A stretch of DNA of 60,497 bases from Salinivirgaceae bacterium (GTDB lineage: Bacteria > Bacteroidota > Bacteroidia > Bacteroidales > SZUA-534), in the NCBI GenBank assembly GCA_016342715.1, contig JAEINW010000005.1:1-60497 (forward strand), in the 5' to 3' direction. Below the pieces are notes generated by a model. It worked only from the letters and a program-made list of their open reading frames with translations, ran no database searches and had not been told where the DNA came from. Positions 1 to 7,964 of this stretch are shown here, in pieces. Both the position numbers and the translations under genes were made by a program. Position 1 is the stretch's first letter; each line of letters starts with the position of its first letter.

Positions 1-142
1 AAAAGGCCAAAGCTATGCATTTCCTGCTATATTTAGCAGAGTGGAATCAAATAAAACTTGCTTACCGAATTAATGTGTTTTTAAATGTAAATAAATATTG
101 GCGTTAAAAAACATTATATTGCAACTTGAATAAAAAAATAGT

Positions 143-538
143 TTGATTTTGAAAACAGCTGAGGTTAGAATTGATAAGTGGTTATGGGCTGTCCGAATTT
201 TTAAAACTCGCAGTCAGGCTGCTGAAGCATGCAAAAAGGGTAGGATTTATATTAATGACGAAGAGATAAAAGCATCGAGGGCGGTTAAGTTGCATGATAT
301 TGTAGAAGTTAAAAAGCCGCCTATTACCTATCGGTATAAAGTAAAGGAATTGTTAGCAAGAAGAGTAGGTGCTAAATTGGTCGAAAATTACATTGAAGAT
401 ATTACTCCTGAGCAGGAGATTATTAAATTTGATATGATGCGATTGAATTTGGAAGGTTATCGCGATAGAGGTGCTGGCCGTCCAACGAAAAAAGAACGTA
501 GAATTTTAGATAAATGGCAAGATGAAGGCGATGAATAA
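143..538 (+). CDS. hslR: Ribosome-associated heat shock protein Hsp15 (S4 RNA-binding domain)
   Basis: RIDKWLWAVRIFKTRSQA N-terminus and GRPTKKERR C-terminal motif typical of Hsp15. Confidence 0.93.
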   Translation: MILKTAEVRIDKWLWAVRIFKTRSQAAEACKKGRIYINDEEIKASRAVKLHDIVEVKKPPITYRYKVKELLARRVGAKLVENYIEDITPEQEIIKFDMMRLNLEGYRDRGAGRPTKKERRILDKWQDEGDE

Positions 539-1022
539 AATTTTAGTTTCATTTCTGGTATTGTTTTTTATTCTTGGATGTGATATTGAGTCGGTGGATT
601 ATCCACCTGAGCCCTATGTTGAGTTTAAAGATGTTATTGTTGAAAATAGTGTTGATCTTTTAGATAATCCCATTAGGAATGTAAGCTTGCATTTTTATTT
701 AATTGATGGAGATGGAGATATTGGACCATTATTAGAAAATACAGAGATATATAGAAATTGTAATTGGGAATTATATTATTTCAATAATAATGAGCGAATG
801 CATGATACAATGCTTCATGATTCAATTATTTGGGTTGATATACCAAGTGCAGGTGAGTTGGGTCAAGATCAATCATTAAAAGCTGATGTTTTTATAACAA
901 TAGAATTTACAAGTGCTCCACAATCAACTTATGATACTTTTCAGTTTTCAATTCAAGTATTTGATATGGCGTTAAATGAAAGCAACATTGCTTGGTCAGA
1001 TACAATTATTTTTGTTGAATAA
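531..1022 (+). CDS. Hypothetical lipoprotein
   Basis: MNKILVSFLVLFFILGC lipoprotein-type signal; DGDGDIG motif; overlaps the hslR stop (ATG at 531 preferred over 522). Confidence 0.65.
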   Translation: MNKILVSFLVLFFILGCDIESVDYPPEPYVEFKDVIVENSVDLLDNPIRNVSLHFYLIDGDGDIGPLLENTEIYRNCNWELYYFNNNERMHDTMLHDSIIWVDIPSAGELGQDQSLKADVFITIEFTSAPQSTYDTFQFSIQVFDMALNESNIAWSDTIIFVE

Positions 1023-1262
1023 AATGAGTATTGTGATTTGCAATACAAAAGAATTCATAAGCAATTTTTCCCATCAGGTACTTTTTTACCCATGACAAAA
1101 AAGATATTTATAATAGCAACTGGAAAAATATTGGCTTGCGAAAAAATAAGTCACGATTTTTCAATTGGCTGCATAACAAAAGCTGGTATTGACCTTGATT
1201 TAAGTATAATTAAGAACTATTCAGGGGTGAAAAATGTATTTAAACTAACTTTTAATACGAAC

Positions 1263-1291
1263 AAAAAAGCTACCCTGTTGATAGCTTTTTT
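1263..1291. terminator. Bidirectional intrinsic terminator
   Basis: AAAAAAGCTAcc-ctgtt-gaTAGCTTTTTT hairpin with A/T tails directly after the higA stop. Confidence 0.65.
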
Positions 1292-1665
1292 CATAATGCA
1301 AGATCATAGTCTTTTGTTAAAATATCAATTGGTATTTTAAGAACTTCATTAATTTTTCTGATCATTTCTAAAGACAATTTTCTTTTCTTTTTTAAAACCT
1401 TTGAAGTATTCCCTTTATCTCCTAGCAGATCAGCCAAATCTTTTTGAGATATATTCATATCTTCCATACTGCACATAATTGCATCAATTGGATCAAGTGG
1501 TAATACTGGAAAATGTTGTTTTTCGTAATTTTCTATTAATAATGCCAATAATTCAAATTCATCTCCACCAGGAGTATTCGGTTCAACATTATTAATTAGC
1601 TCACCAAACCTAATAAGAGCATTTTTATACTCTGTTTCAGTTTTTATGATTTTCCACGTTTTCAT
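1291..1665 (-). CDS. higA: HigA-family antitoxin (XRE HTH)
   Basis: IKTETEYKNAL...ELLALLIENYEKQHFP...DPIDAI and HTH SQKDLADLLG...KRKLSLEMIRKI; downstream of higB. Confidence 0.9.
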   Translation of the reverse strand: MKTWKIIKTETEYKNALIRFGELINNVEPNTPGGDEFELLALLIENYEKQHFPVLPLDPIDAIMCSMEDMNISQKDLADLLGDKGNTSKVLKKKRKLSLEMIRKINEVLKIPIDILTKDYDLAL

Positions 1666-1688
1666 AACTTGTAGCTTAAAACTTATAT

Positions 1689-1988
1689 TTAAATTGTTAT
1701 TGTATTCGCATCAATTGAATCATACTCTGCATGAGTTCCTATGAATCTAATCACAGCCACTTTAAAGTTGAAGTCGAATTCAACTATTAAGCGGTAATTA
1801 TTGCCTTTAATATTAAAACAAACCCTATTGTTTTTTAAAAGGCTAACTTTATAAGGACAATTAAGAACTTCATTAAAATTATTAAAATCCTGTTTTTCAA
1901 TAAATTTGTACCAGTTTCTTAGATTCTTTTCACATTCTGCATGTTTAGCAAAAAATGCTTTAAGTGTTGAATAATTGTATATTCTCAT
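1689..1988 (-). CDS. higB: HigB-family mRNA interferase toxin
   Basis: RVCFNIKGNNYRLIV...IRFIGTHAEYDSIDA signature; toxin-before-antitoxin order. Confidence 0.92.
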   Translation of the reverse strand: MRIYNYSTLKAFFAKHAECEKNLRNWYKFIEKQDFNNFNEVLNCPYKVSLLKNNRVCFNIKGNNYRLIVEFDFNFKVAVIRFIGTHAEYDSIDANTITI

Positions 1989-2110
1989 GTTCAAAATATT
2001 TCCCTCTTTTTAGAGGATGCAACAAGGGATTAATTTTTCTCTTGTCTTTCATAATCACGTGATTTTAGTTTTTTGAATCTCTTTTAAGAATACTTTTATT
2101 AAAAAGACAG

Positions 2111-2144
2111 TACAAATATAATATAAAGTTGTCATAACGACAAC
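2111..2144 (-). promoter_or_regulatory. higBA promoter -7 element with adjacent palindromic operator
   Basis: Minus strand TATATTTGTA (TAnnTTTG) at 2111-2120; inverted repeat GTTGTC-ataac-GACAAC at 2128-2144 just upstream. Confidence 0.6.
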
Positions 2145-2434
2145 CTCAATGCAATATTTCTTGAACTTATTTATTTGGGCTAATCAAACGGAGAATATTT
2201 GGCTCATTCCAGAACAAACTATTTAGGGGTAAAAAAAGTAATAAACTTCATATGTTTTTTGGATCAAGAGTTGCCGATGGAAATTTAGTTTCATAGGAAA
2301 TTAATTCTTTAGTTATATAATCAATGTGCTTTTCTAACAAGTCTGTTTTTCTGCATTCAATTTTTACATTTGGTAGCCTTTTAGCTTGTATTTACGGTTG
2401 CTATATGCTAATGATAATAAGCGTATAGCGTTAC

Positions 2435-2463
2435 AAGGATAATAAAAATATTTTATTATCCTT
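2435..2463. repeat. Perfect 13-bp inverted repeat
   Basis: AAGGATAATAAAA-ata-TTTTATTATCCTT. Confidence 0.75.
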
Positions 2464-2572
2464 ACTTGAATATTTATTGTATTTATGCTAGAATGCTACA
2501 ATAAATGATACAATATGTGTTTTGTAAGTCTTTGGAATTCTGTTAGTTTTGAAATTTATCTACAAAAAGCAT

Positions 2573-2706
2573 AAAAAAGAGCTTCCTGGGAGGAAGCTCT
2601 TCACTTAATCTATAATCAGGTAGTATTTTTAGAATAATTTACCAAAAGAAAGGTTTAACAACAAACAACATTTAACAACTATTTTTAACCACGTACCTGA
2701 TTAGAA
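2573..2706 (-). ncRNA. Candidate sigma-54-dependent small RNA (~135 nt)
   Basis: 5' segment TAATCAGGTA pairs with TACCTGATTA about 70 nt later; ends in terminator AAGAGCTTCC-tccca-GGAAGCTCTT-TTTT; no ORF; -24/-12 promoter upstream. Confidence 0.6.
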
Positions 2707-2716
2707 AACGTTACTT

Positions 2717-2733
2717 ATCAAAAATAATGCCAA
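2717..2733 (-). promoter_or_regulatory. Sigma-54 (-24/-12)-like promoter
   Basis: TTGGCATTATTTTTGAT: GG and TTG spaced as in TGGCAC-N5-TTGC, with GA instead of GC at -12. Confidence 0.55.
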
Positions 2734-3060
2734 AAATAATAAATATAAAAATTCACTTTTTCATTGTGCTATATTAAGCTAACGATTTTGACATTAGATT
2801 GTTGCAAAAAAGTCAGGTATTTTTTTATTTATTTATTTGTGGTAATATGTAGGGTGATAAAAAATTATTGATATTGACTAAACAAAAAAGTAATAAAATA
2901 AACCTTCTATTCTATAGAGTTATGGTAATATTGCTTTAATAATAAGCTATGAAATTTATATTTATTCGAGATTTGTCATTTTGCCAGTTGCTAATGACAA
3001 TTTTGGATTTATTTTTTAAAAAAGAATTATATAGCTTAGTAGATAAGTTCATATGTACAG

Positions 3061-3154
3061 GCGCAGCAATTATAAGGGCTTATTGTGTGTACAAATGCTG
3101 CCAAAAGCTGCGCAAGCTGACAGATTTGACCTGACAAGGTTCGAAGGTGTCAGC
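3061..3154. repeat. REP-like palindromic cluster
   Basis: GCGCAGC...GCTGCGC (3061-3113) and GCTGACA...TGTCAGC (3116-3154) inverted repeats in AT-rich intergenic DNA. Confidence 0.4.
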
Positions 3155-3206
3155 GTCTTTCTCACGAAATGAAATTAAGTACTTAACTACTGACTCTAAA
3201 TAATTA

Positions 3207-4331
3207 TTATAAATCATCAACAATTAAAAGAAGTGTATTTATTAATGATTCACCAAGTTTTTCTGATCTGTCTGGCGACCATCCGAAAATATGATCGGGG
3301 AGATTGTTATTTTGTTTAAATGGCATTTCCAGTGTTTGTGATAAACACTTAAATTCCTCACCTATTGCTTTGGAGCAAATGTTTAAATTTGCTGAACCTG
3401 GTTCGTTTTTTGGATAGCCTTCTATGTCCTGAAAATCAGGACTTATTTGCCTCCATGAATCAGAAAATTTGTCTGTTAGTTTTTTTAACTTTTCATTGAA
3501 TGATGGTATGCCTTCAATGCCTGATAGAAATACAAAAGGAAGACCTTCATCACCATGAATATCTAAACTAAGATCAATGCCAGTTTCTTTCATTTTATTT
3601 TTCACATGAAAAACTTCCGGGCTTTTTTCAATACTGGGATTTGCCCATTCTCTGTTCAGGTTAATTCCTGCGGCATTGGCTCTTAAATTCCCATGAAAGC
3701 TTCCGTCAATATTTATATTTGGAACTAAATAGAAAACCGCTTTATTTAATAATACGATGGAAGCTGGGTCGTCATTATCTAAAAGTCGATTGATAAAACC
3801 CTGCATAAACCATTCGGCCATTGATTCGCCTGGGTGTTGGCGTGCAATAATCCAAATTTTCTTTTTATTTGGTGAGGGTTCTCCAATAATTAATAAATCA
3901 ATGTCGCGTTGTTCAACCGTATTGCCCACGCTTGTTAAAATGCAGCGATGCGATAGTTGAGCCTGATGCACAAGATCTAAGTGGTTTTCATAGGTAAACG
4001 GAGCAAAATATGCAAAATAAACAGAATTATGTTTGGGCATTAATTCAATGGTAAGTTTTTTCCCATCAAATGATGTTGGTACCTGAAACCAAGTTAAACG
4101 ATCGTATGATGCTCTTGCGAAATAATTCTCCCATCCTTCGGGGAAAGAGGCTTCTGAAGCATTGGTGATATGAATTTTACATGGATATCCCTCAGCACCT
4201 TGTAATCTGAAATAAAACCATTGAAAATAGTCTGAGTTGGTGTCTTTTCTTATTTCAAGTTCAATATTGTTATGGGTTTCGCAGTTTTTAACGATAATGT
4301 TTCCTCCATCGAAATTTGAGCTGATTTTCAT
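3207..4331 (-). CDS. M14-family cytosolic zinc carboxypeptidase
   Basis: ISSNFDGGNI N-domain, ARQHPGE zinc motif, NLNREW, DIHGDE, TLEMPF; ATG at 4331 preferred. Confidence 0.92.
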   Translation of the reverse strand: MKISSNFDGGNIIVKNCETHNNIELEIRKDTNSDYFQWFYFRLQGAEGYPCKIHITNASEASFPEGWENYFARASYDRLTWFQVPTSFDGKKLTIELMPKHNSVYFAYFAPFTYENHLDLVHQAQLSHRCILTSVGNTVEQRDIDLLIIGEPSPNKKKIWIIARQHPGESMAEWFMQGFINRLLDNDDPASIVLLNKAVFYLVPNINIDGSFHGNLRANAAGINLNREWANPSIEKSPEVFHVKNKMKETGIDLSLDIHGDEGLPFVFLSGIEGIPSFNEKLKKLTDKFSDSWRQISPDFQDIEGYPKNEPGSANLNICSKAIGEEFKCLSQTLEMPFKQNNNLPDHIFGWSPDRSEKLGESLINTLLLIVDDL

Positions 4332-4362
4332 GTCTGTAAATTTTAATATCAAATTTAATAAA

Positions 4363-5517
4363 TTACAAATTAGCAAAAACAAGTTTATAATTTACAACTT
4401 TTACATTTTTATAGTAAAAATGTATAATATCTAAGAAAGAATAATTCTGCCGAGCCATCTCCATGCCACCTTCTTGCGATAATCCAACACCATGACCATA
4501 GCCACGACCTTCAATAAATAAATAATTGCCCTTGGGGATTAATGAAAACCAAGTGGAACGAAGTTTAAAATCTTCACGGATTTTTCGCAATGGAATGGTG
4601 TCGTTTTTTATTTCTAAATATTTCAATCTATTTTTTTGCAAGAAAGTTAAGCTGTCAGTATCAATACTATCAATAATAATTCCATTGTTTTCAAGATATT
4701 TATACCAATCAGATAATAAAATTGAATCTTGCCAAAAGGTATTTCTTTGATCTAAACTAAAGGGATCAGGGGTTCCTTTAAGATATGAAGTAGATGAAAG
4801 CCATACATCTTCGGAATTTAATGTTTGACCCCCAGAATTTGAGTGAAAGGCTGCAGTAATTAGTCGTTGTAAGGTGTCAATAATTACTAAATCGTTGGTG
4901 TGTTGAACTGCTTGTAAAATTAATTCATTTTTTGTGCTCACACCTTTAAATACTTGGTGATTAACATCATCACCCAGAATGTATTTTTGCTTTCCTTCGC
5001 GATTTATTATCTCCAATAAATAGGTTCTACTAATAATTGCTTGTGATTTATAGAATTCATAAGGAGCATTGGGGCCAGCTTCAGCTTCAACAACGCCAGC
5101 AAGGTAGGTGTCAATGTCGGTATAATTCAGAACGCAGAGTTCTCCATTTTGGGTGTTAATTGTGAAATTTCCATTATAATTCCGTGGTGTAAGTGCTGGG
5201 TAAGCCGATTCTACTTTGCATAAGCTATTTTTGCTAAGGCTATTAAATTTTATGGTTTTAAAAATGCCAATATGTTGATCCAAATCCCAAACACTAATAG
5301 AGTCTTTTAAAGCTGTAAAGTATATGATGTTATTTTTTTTGAGTTTGTATACTTTTCCTTGTTCAGTTAAAAATTCATATTTTCCATCAATGGGACTAAT
5401 TATCATTGTTTTAACCGAGAATTGATTAAAAATATTTACCCTTATATCCGTTGCAAAAGTTGAATTGCAAGTGATAATGAATGTAAATAGTAAAATATAA
5501 TACTTGTACTGAAACAT
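4363..5517 (-). CDS. SpoIID/LytB domain lytic transglycosylase-like protein
   Basis: YLAGVVEAE, KSQAIISRTY, FHSNSGGQT, GRGYGHGVGLSQEG, YSFLDIIHFYY motifs. Confidence 0.9.
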   Translation of the reverse strand: MFQYKYYILLFTFIITCNSTFATDIRVNIFNQFSVKTMIISPIDGKYEFLTEQGKVYKLKKNNIIYFTALKDSISVWDLDQHIGIFKTIKFNSLSKNSLCKVESAYPALTPRNYNGNFTINTQNGELCVLNYTDIDTYLAGVVEAEAGPNAPYEFYKSQAIISRTYLLEIINREGKQKYILGDDVNHQVFKGVSTKNELILQAVQHTNDLVIIDTLQRLITAAFHSNSGGQTLNSEDVWLSSTSYLKGTPDPFSLDQRNTFWQDSILLSDWYKYLENNGIIIDSIDTDSLTFLQKNRLKYLEIKNDTIPLRKIREDFKLRSTWFSLIPKGNYLFIEGRGYGHGVGLSQEGGMEMARQNYSFLDIIHFYYKNVKVVNYKLVFANL

Positions 5518-5551
5518 GAATCAAAATTTGTGCGAAAGTAGGCTTTTTATT

Positions 5552-6679
5552 CTAATTTGTTATATCTTCAAATATACCTTTTGCTGCTTTGTCTGAGGCA
5601 CCGGGTGATCCCATAATATTTTGCAATTCGGCATAATTTGTCAACATTTTGTTTCTATAAGTTGAATTTTCAAGCAGCATTTTTAGCTCTTTAACTAAAT
5701 ACTCTTTTTTAAAGGTGCTTTGAGTTAATTCTTTAACAGCTTCAAACTCGAGTATTAAATTAACAAGTGAAAGCCATTTTACTTTAAGTATGCTTCGTCC
5801 TATTTTATATAGGAAATTCCCAATGTTGGTATGGTAACAAACTATTTGAGGAAGGTTTAAAAGTGCGGTTTCTAAAGTTGCAGTTCCTGAGGTTACTAAT
5901 GCGGCTTTGCTTTGTTTTAATAATTGATAGGTTTGATCGTAAAGTACTGGTATGTTATGTTCTCCAATAAATTCCTTGTAATATTCATCATCAATTGCAG
6001 GAGCACCACCGCATATAAACTGATGATTTGGAAAAAAATGACTCACTTCAATCATTACTGGAAGCATTAATTTAATTTCTTGTTTTCTGCTACCAGGTAA
6101 AAGAGCAACTATGGGTTTTGAATCTAATTTATTTTCTGAAGTGAATTGTTCAAAACTTTTTACGTCATCTTTTTGTGAATGAATTTCATCATTTATTGGG
6201 TTACCAACATAGTTTACATCAAAATCGTATTTTTTATAAAATTCAGTTTCGAAGGGAAGTATGGTAAACATTTTATCCACAAACTTTTTGATTTTGTGTA
6301 CTCTATTCGTTTTCCATGCCCAAATTTTTGGTGATATATAGTAATGCACCCGAATGCCTTTTGATTTTGCAAATTCAGCAATTTTCAAATTGAATCCGGC
6401 ATAATCAATTAGAATTAATACATCGGGATTGTATTTTTCGACATCCGATTTGCAGAAATTTATATTTTTTGCAATGGTGCGAATATTCATAAGCACTTTT
6501 ATAAAACCCATAAAAGCTAATTCTCTAATATGTTTTACTGGTTCGCCTCCATATTGTGACATGTTATCGCCACCCCAGAATCGAAACTCGGCATTTTTAT
6601 CGACAGTAGTCAACGATTTCATTAGATTTCCACCATGTAAATCGCCACTCGCTTCGCCAGCAATTATATAATACTTCAT
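5552..6679 (-). CDS. lpxB: Lipid-A-disaccharide synthase
   Basis: IAGEASGDLHG, IDYAGFNL, YYISPKIWAW, LLPGSRKQE, SGTATLE. Confidence 0.96.
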   Translation of the reverse strand: MKYYIIAGEASGDLHGGNLMKSLTTVDKNAEFRFWGGDNMSQYGGEPVKHIRELAFMGFIKVLMNIRTIAKNINFCKSDVEKYNPDVLILIDYAGFNLKIAEFAKSKGIRVHYYISPKIWAWKTNRVHKIKKFVDKMFTILPFETEFYKKYDFDVNYVGNPINDEIHSQKDDVKSFEQFTSENKLDSKPIVALLPGSRKQEIKLMLPVMIEVSHFFPNHQFICGGAPAIDDEYYKEFIGEHNIPVLYDQTYQLLKQSKAALVTSGTATLETALLNLPQIVCYHTNIGNFLYKIGRSILKVKWLSLVNLILEFEAVKELTQSTFKKEYLVKELKMLLENSTYRNKMLTNYAELQNIMGSPGASDKAAKGIFEDITN

Positions 6680-6691
6680 AGTATTTAAAAT

Positions 6692-6988
6692 TTACGACAT
6701 GTAAAGGATTAGAACAAGGATTCCGTAAAACATTGTTGAAAGCAGGGCTCCGCGTGCTTGATTTAGCTTATCTTGTTTGCTCCAAAGAAAGAACAAACCT
6801 GCGCCCGGCATTAAACTTAGCGAAACAATTTTGTACAAGAGACCTATGTTTTGAAAGTGATGTAAGCATTGCATAAATGAATCGTATTTTGAACTTGAGT
6901 ACAAAACAAATCCAAAAACTATTAGAGCAGGAATAATTAATCCGGCAATTACACCGATTGAAACTATATCTTTTTTATTTGTTGCCAT
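6692..6988 (-). CDS. Small membrane protein in surE-lpxB operon
   Basis: Three hydrophobic segments; start overlaps the surE stop. Confidence 0.65.
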   Translation of the reverse strand: MATNKKDIVSIGVIAGLIIPALIVFGFVLYSSSKYDSFMQCLHHFQNIGLLYKIVSLSLMPGAGLFFLWSKQDKLNQARGALLSTMFYGILVLILYMS

Positions 6989-7770
6989 TATTTGATGGAA
7001 TTTAGGTTTGTAATTTTATCTAAGCTATCAAAATCAGTAAAATCATTTCTAACAGGAACAATGCTTGCAAAATTGTTTGCAAGTGCCCATTCATCAGTGT
7101 CAGTAGCTCCATTTTCATGATTGTTAAAACTCCCGGTTAACCAATAATAGGTTCCATTATGCGGATCTATTCGTTTTTCATATTCCTCTTTCCAAACTCC
7201 ACGAGCTTGTCGGCAAACTTTAACTCCTTTAAAATCATCTTCGGAAACTACCGGAAAGTTAACGTTTAAGCAAGTGTATTTAGGTAAGCCATTTGCTAAG
7301 ACTTTTTTAAAGATCGATTCGCCATGTTTTTTTGCCACGCTAAAATCGGCATTCATGCTATGTGAACATAAGGAATAACCAATAGATGGAATTTCATTTA
7401 AGCTTCCTTCAATGGCGCCACCCATAGTTCCTGAATAAATCACACTAATTGATGAATTTGATCCGTGATTTATTCCAGAGACTAAAATATCCGGTCTTCT
7501 ATCTAATAGTTGATTTAATGCAATTTTCACGCAATCAACCGGAGTTCCATTTACTTTGAATATTTCTACACCTTCTTCACTTTCAAGTTTTGTTACTCGT
7601 AAAGGAAATTTTATGGTTATGGCATGCGACATTCCAGATACACCTTGTTCTGGGGCAACTACAACAACATCGCCATAGGGTTTAACCATATCAATAAGTA
7701 CTTTGAGCCCTGGAGCAAAGTAGCCATCGTCGTTGGTGATTAGTATTAGAGGTCGTTTGTTTGTTTCCAA
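6988..7770 (-). CDS. surE: 5'/3'-nucleotidase SurE
   Basis: ILITNDDG, SGMSHAIT, GTPVDCV, SGINHGSN, YSGTMGGA. Confidence 0.96.
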   Translation of the reverse strand: METNKRPLILITNDDGYFAPGLKVLIDMVKPYGDVVVVAPEQGVSGMSHAITIKFPLRVTKLESEEGVEIFKVNGTPVDCVKIALNQLLDRRPDILVSGINHGSNSSISVIYSGTMGGAIEGSLNEIPSIGYSLCSHSMNADFSVAKKHGESIFKKVLANGLPKYTCLNVNFPVVSEDDFKGVKVCRQARGVWKEEYEKRIDPHNGTYYWLTGSFNNHENGATDTDEWALANNFASIVPVRNDFTDFDSLDKITNLNSIK

Positions 7771-7964
7771 TTTCGTAATTTTTATTGCAAATATAGTTTG
7801 ATAAATTATGAATACTAAAATTTGTTCAAATTACTGAGCATATTTATTAAGGAAAATTCAATGTAAATTGTTAAAAGATGTGTAAATACCCTCATACATT
7901 ACCATGCGAATTTTAAAAAAAAACTTACTTTTGTTGCTTGTTTTAAATATAATATAAACATCGT

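Noticed and set aside
1038-1340. 100-aa plus-strand ORF
   Set aside because: TTG start, runs through a terminator into higA antisense, no convincing family motif
1960-2052. 30-codon upstream ORF overlapping the higB start
   Set aside because: No supporting features; expected by chance in an AT-rich leader
2949-3134. 61-aa ORF
   Set aside because: No recognisable motif; overlaps REP-like palindromes
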